Shown here piece after piece: positions 63,901 through 64,000 of a stretch of 64,000 bases of DNA (within the stretch, counting starts at the first letter, position 1; each line of letters starts with the position of its first letter). Position numbers and translations under genes: made by a program. Where the stretch lies: IMG/VR virus record IMGVR_UViG_3300013014_000020, positions 1 through 64,000 of that record; one strand, written 5' to 3'. The notes beneath the pieces are model-generated. The model was not told the origin of the DNA, made no database searches, and worked only from the letters and a program-made list of their open reading frames with translations. The stretch comes from a virus.

Positions 63901-64000
63901 TCCGCAGTGTAACCACCACCATATAAAGTATTATAATCTGCTTGTGGTATTGAACCAAAATATCTTATAAAATTATTTTGTGCGGCAGTTGGATTACTAC
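60945..64000 (-). CDS. contractile tail sheath protein (5' part outside the window)
   Basis: YYPWV, PWFAAAGYTRG, LYLGRINPI, VIWGNKTL, RINVRRLL and IKPTKSLEFIDITF; the frame stays open from 63818 to the window end. Confidence 0.93.
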   Translation of the reverse strand, partial: SNPTAAQNNFIRYFGSIPQADYNTLYGGGYTAETNVFAVDNVVFENSDPTSPQNDSWYYALFQNAGNSLYSGFSFFSSVDNLVQTNTYTSLQNPFIPYMITTTTTTGNFGPYNLVVSVAPGSIVVQFCLSSTLPVTNDVTLSFDTTINVTSGLPILISDSVTIEAGEVSGCTIVSFPNDDYQRLAGTGSVSNLVSSDPIELDPNDVTITIQFICDPILPVTTTTTVPPIPNVCFTGSVVGVIYYYTGSSFTEYDDLVVTTLRSRGNSPYSDGTNPIYEVTGITDVTIDMTGQYSGVLKNPFLPFSVGITNYDGKEFDFEVSLSNSDAKNINKVFGRGNFEKPRTQVPLMVEESYLNLLNYAWSKGYIRGLSAELVTSEGAQSNDLNSIGYFLEKFQSPSTPWVVSELRGTKVYNLFKFYTISDGNSANTEVKISLADLSFNNETFTVLIRDYFDSDSNPVVLEKFTNCSMNPQENNFIAKKIGTLDGEYELKSRYVLVEINEDAPIDSIPCGFEGYTFREYPGGRSPFPVYKTKYFLPGELVFNPPFGLSNGGDDAFTSGGDNVRRTYLGLGSYWGVDTDFFQYKGKRKPFNLCSGEPFEWDFKTKGFHMDELASGITISGAFASSGTSAFEVGDATFSSEPTDPTDPYYRLNARKFTVMVYGGFDGWDIYREYRTNADKYTLGRTGFLNGACSSLRYPKGKGNGLFKQIAIGDGSVEYGNTDYYAYLLGIRTFANPEAVNINILTTPGIDLYNNSNLVETTIDMVENERADSLYITTMPDYNMFVATTTEGDNFIYPQEAVDLLEETGIDSNYTATYYPWVLTRDSVNNTQIYIPATAEVTRNLALTDNIAFPWFAAAGYTRGIVNSIKARKKLTQEDRDVLYLGRINPIATFADVGTVIWGNKTLQVRESALDRINVRRLLLQARKLISAVSVRLLFDQNDQQVRQDFLNAVNPILDSIRRDRGLYDFRVTVSNDTEDLDKNQMVGKIYIKPTKSLEFIDITFYITPTGASFDDV

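Noticed and set aside
96-63970. Numerous short plus-strand and off-frame ORFs (e.g. 898..1296, 33632..34006, 41442..41801, 58861..59229, 41859..42101)
   Set aside because: Antisense or overlapping shadows of well-supported genes, with no recognisable motifs
30907-64000. Bacterial extracellular contractile injection system or T6SS
   Set aside because: Interleaved with phage replication genes (SSB, RecA/UvsX, helicase, RNR, primase), consistent with a myophage genome
1-64000. Stop-codon reassignment or tRNA genes
   Set aside because: Genes are full length under the standard code, TAG and TGA both act as stops, and no cloverleaf was seen in the short intergenic gaps

Overview
This AT-rich 64-kb window is part of the genome of a large (probably jumbo) myophage with a T4-like contractile tail, read in the standard genetic code. 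Nearly all genes are on the minus strand. Right to left: (1) tail module: sheath (runs off the window), a HAD-family protein, tube, tail-assembly chaperone with a candidate +1 frameshift, tape measure, tube-initiator-like protein with an OmpA-like insert, LysM/gp53-like protein and a giant hub; (2) replication block: gp32-like SSB, RecA/UvsX, orphan C5-methyltransferase, 5'-3' exonuclease, DnaB-like helicase, class II RNR and a free-standing HNH endonuclease; (3) baseplate and fibre module: gp25, gp6/J, gpI-like, PKD, SprB-repeat and YadA/C1q-like proteins; (4) RuvC-like resolvase, primase, PD-(D/E)XK nuclease and Mre11/gp47. A Bacteroidota host is suggested by SprB repeats, a TAnnTTTG promoter and A/T-rich leaders without obvious Shine-Dalgarno sequences. 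The best candidate for a novel system is virion protein O-glycosylation. A glycosyltransferase with motifs collinear to plant peptidyl-Ser/Hyp O-glycosyltransferases (GT96 SERGT1 / GT95 HPAT) sits among fibre and baseplate genes whose products carry mucin-like poly-Thr and Pro-Thr tracts and many [ST]G-x-[ST] motifs. Other highlights: a TATTTAT motif upstream of most structural genes, a UUU-UUU-CGG +1 frameshift candidate before the tape measure, a hairpin over the HNH initiation region, and a shared N-terminal 'ESxL-RI' motif. All family assignments come from motif recognition by eye; no searches were run.
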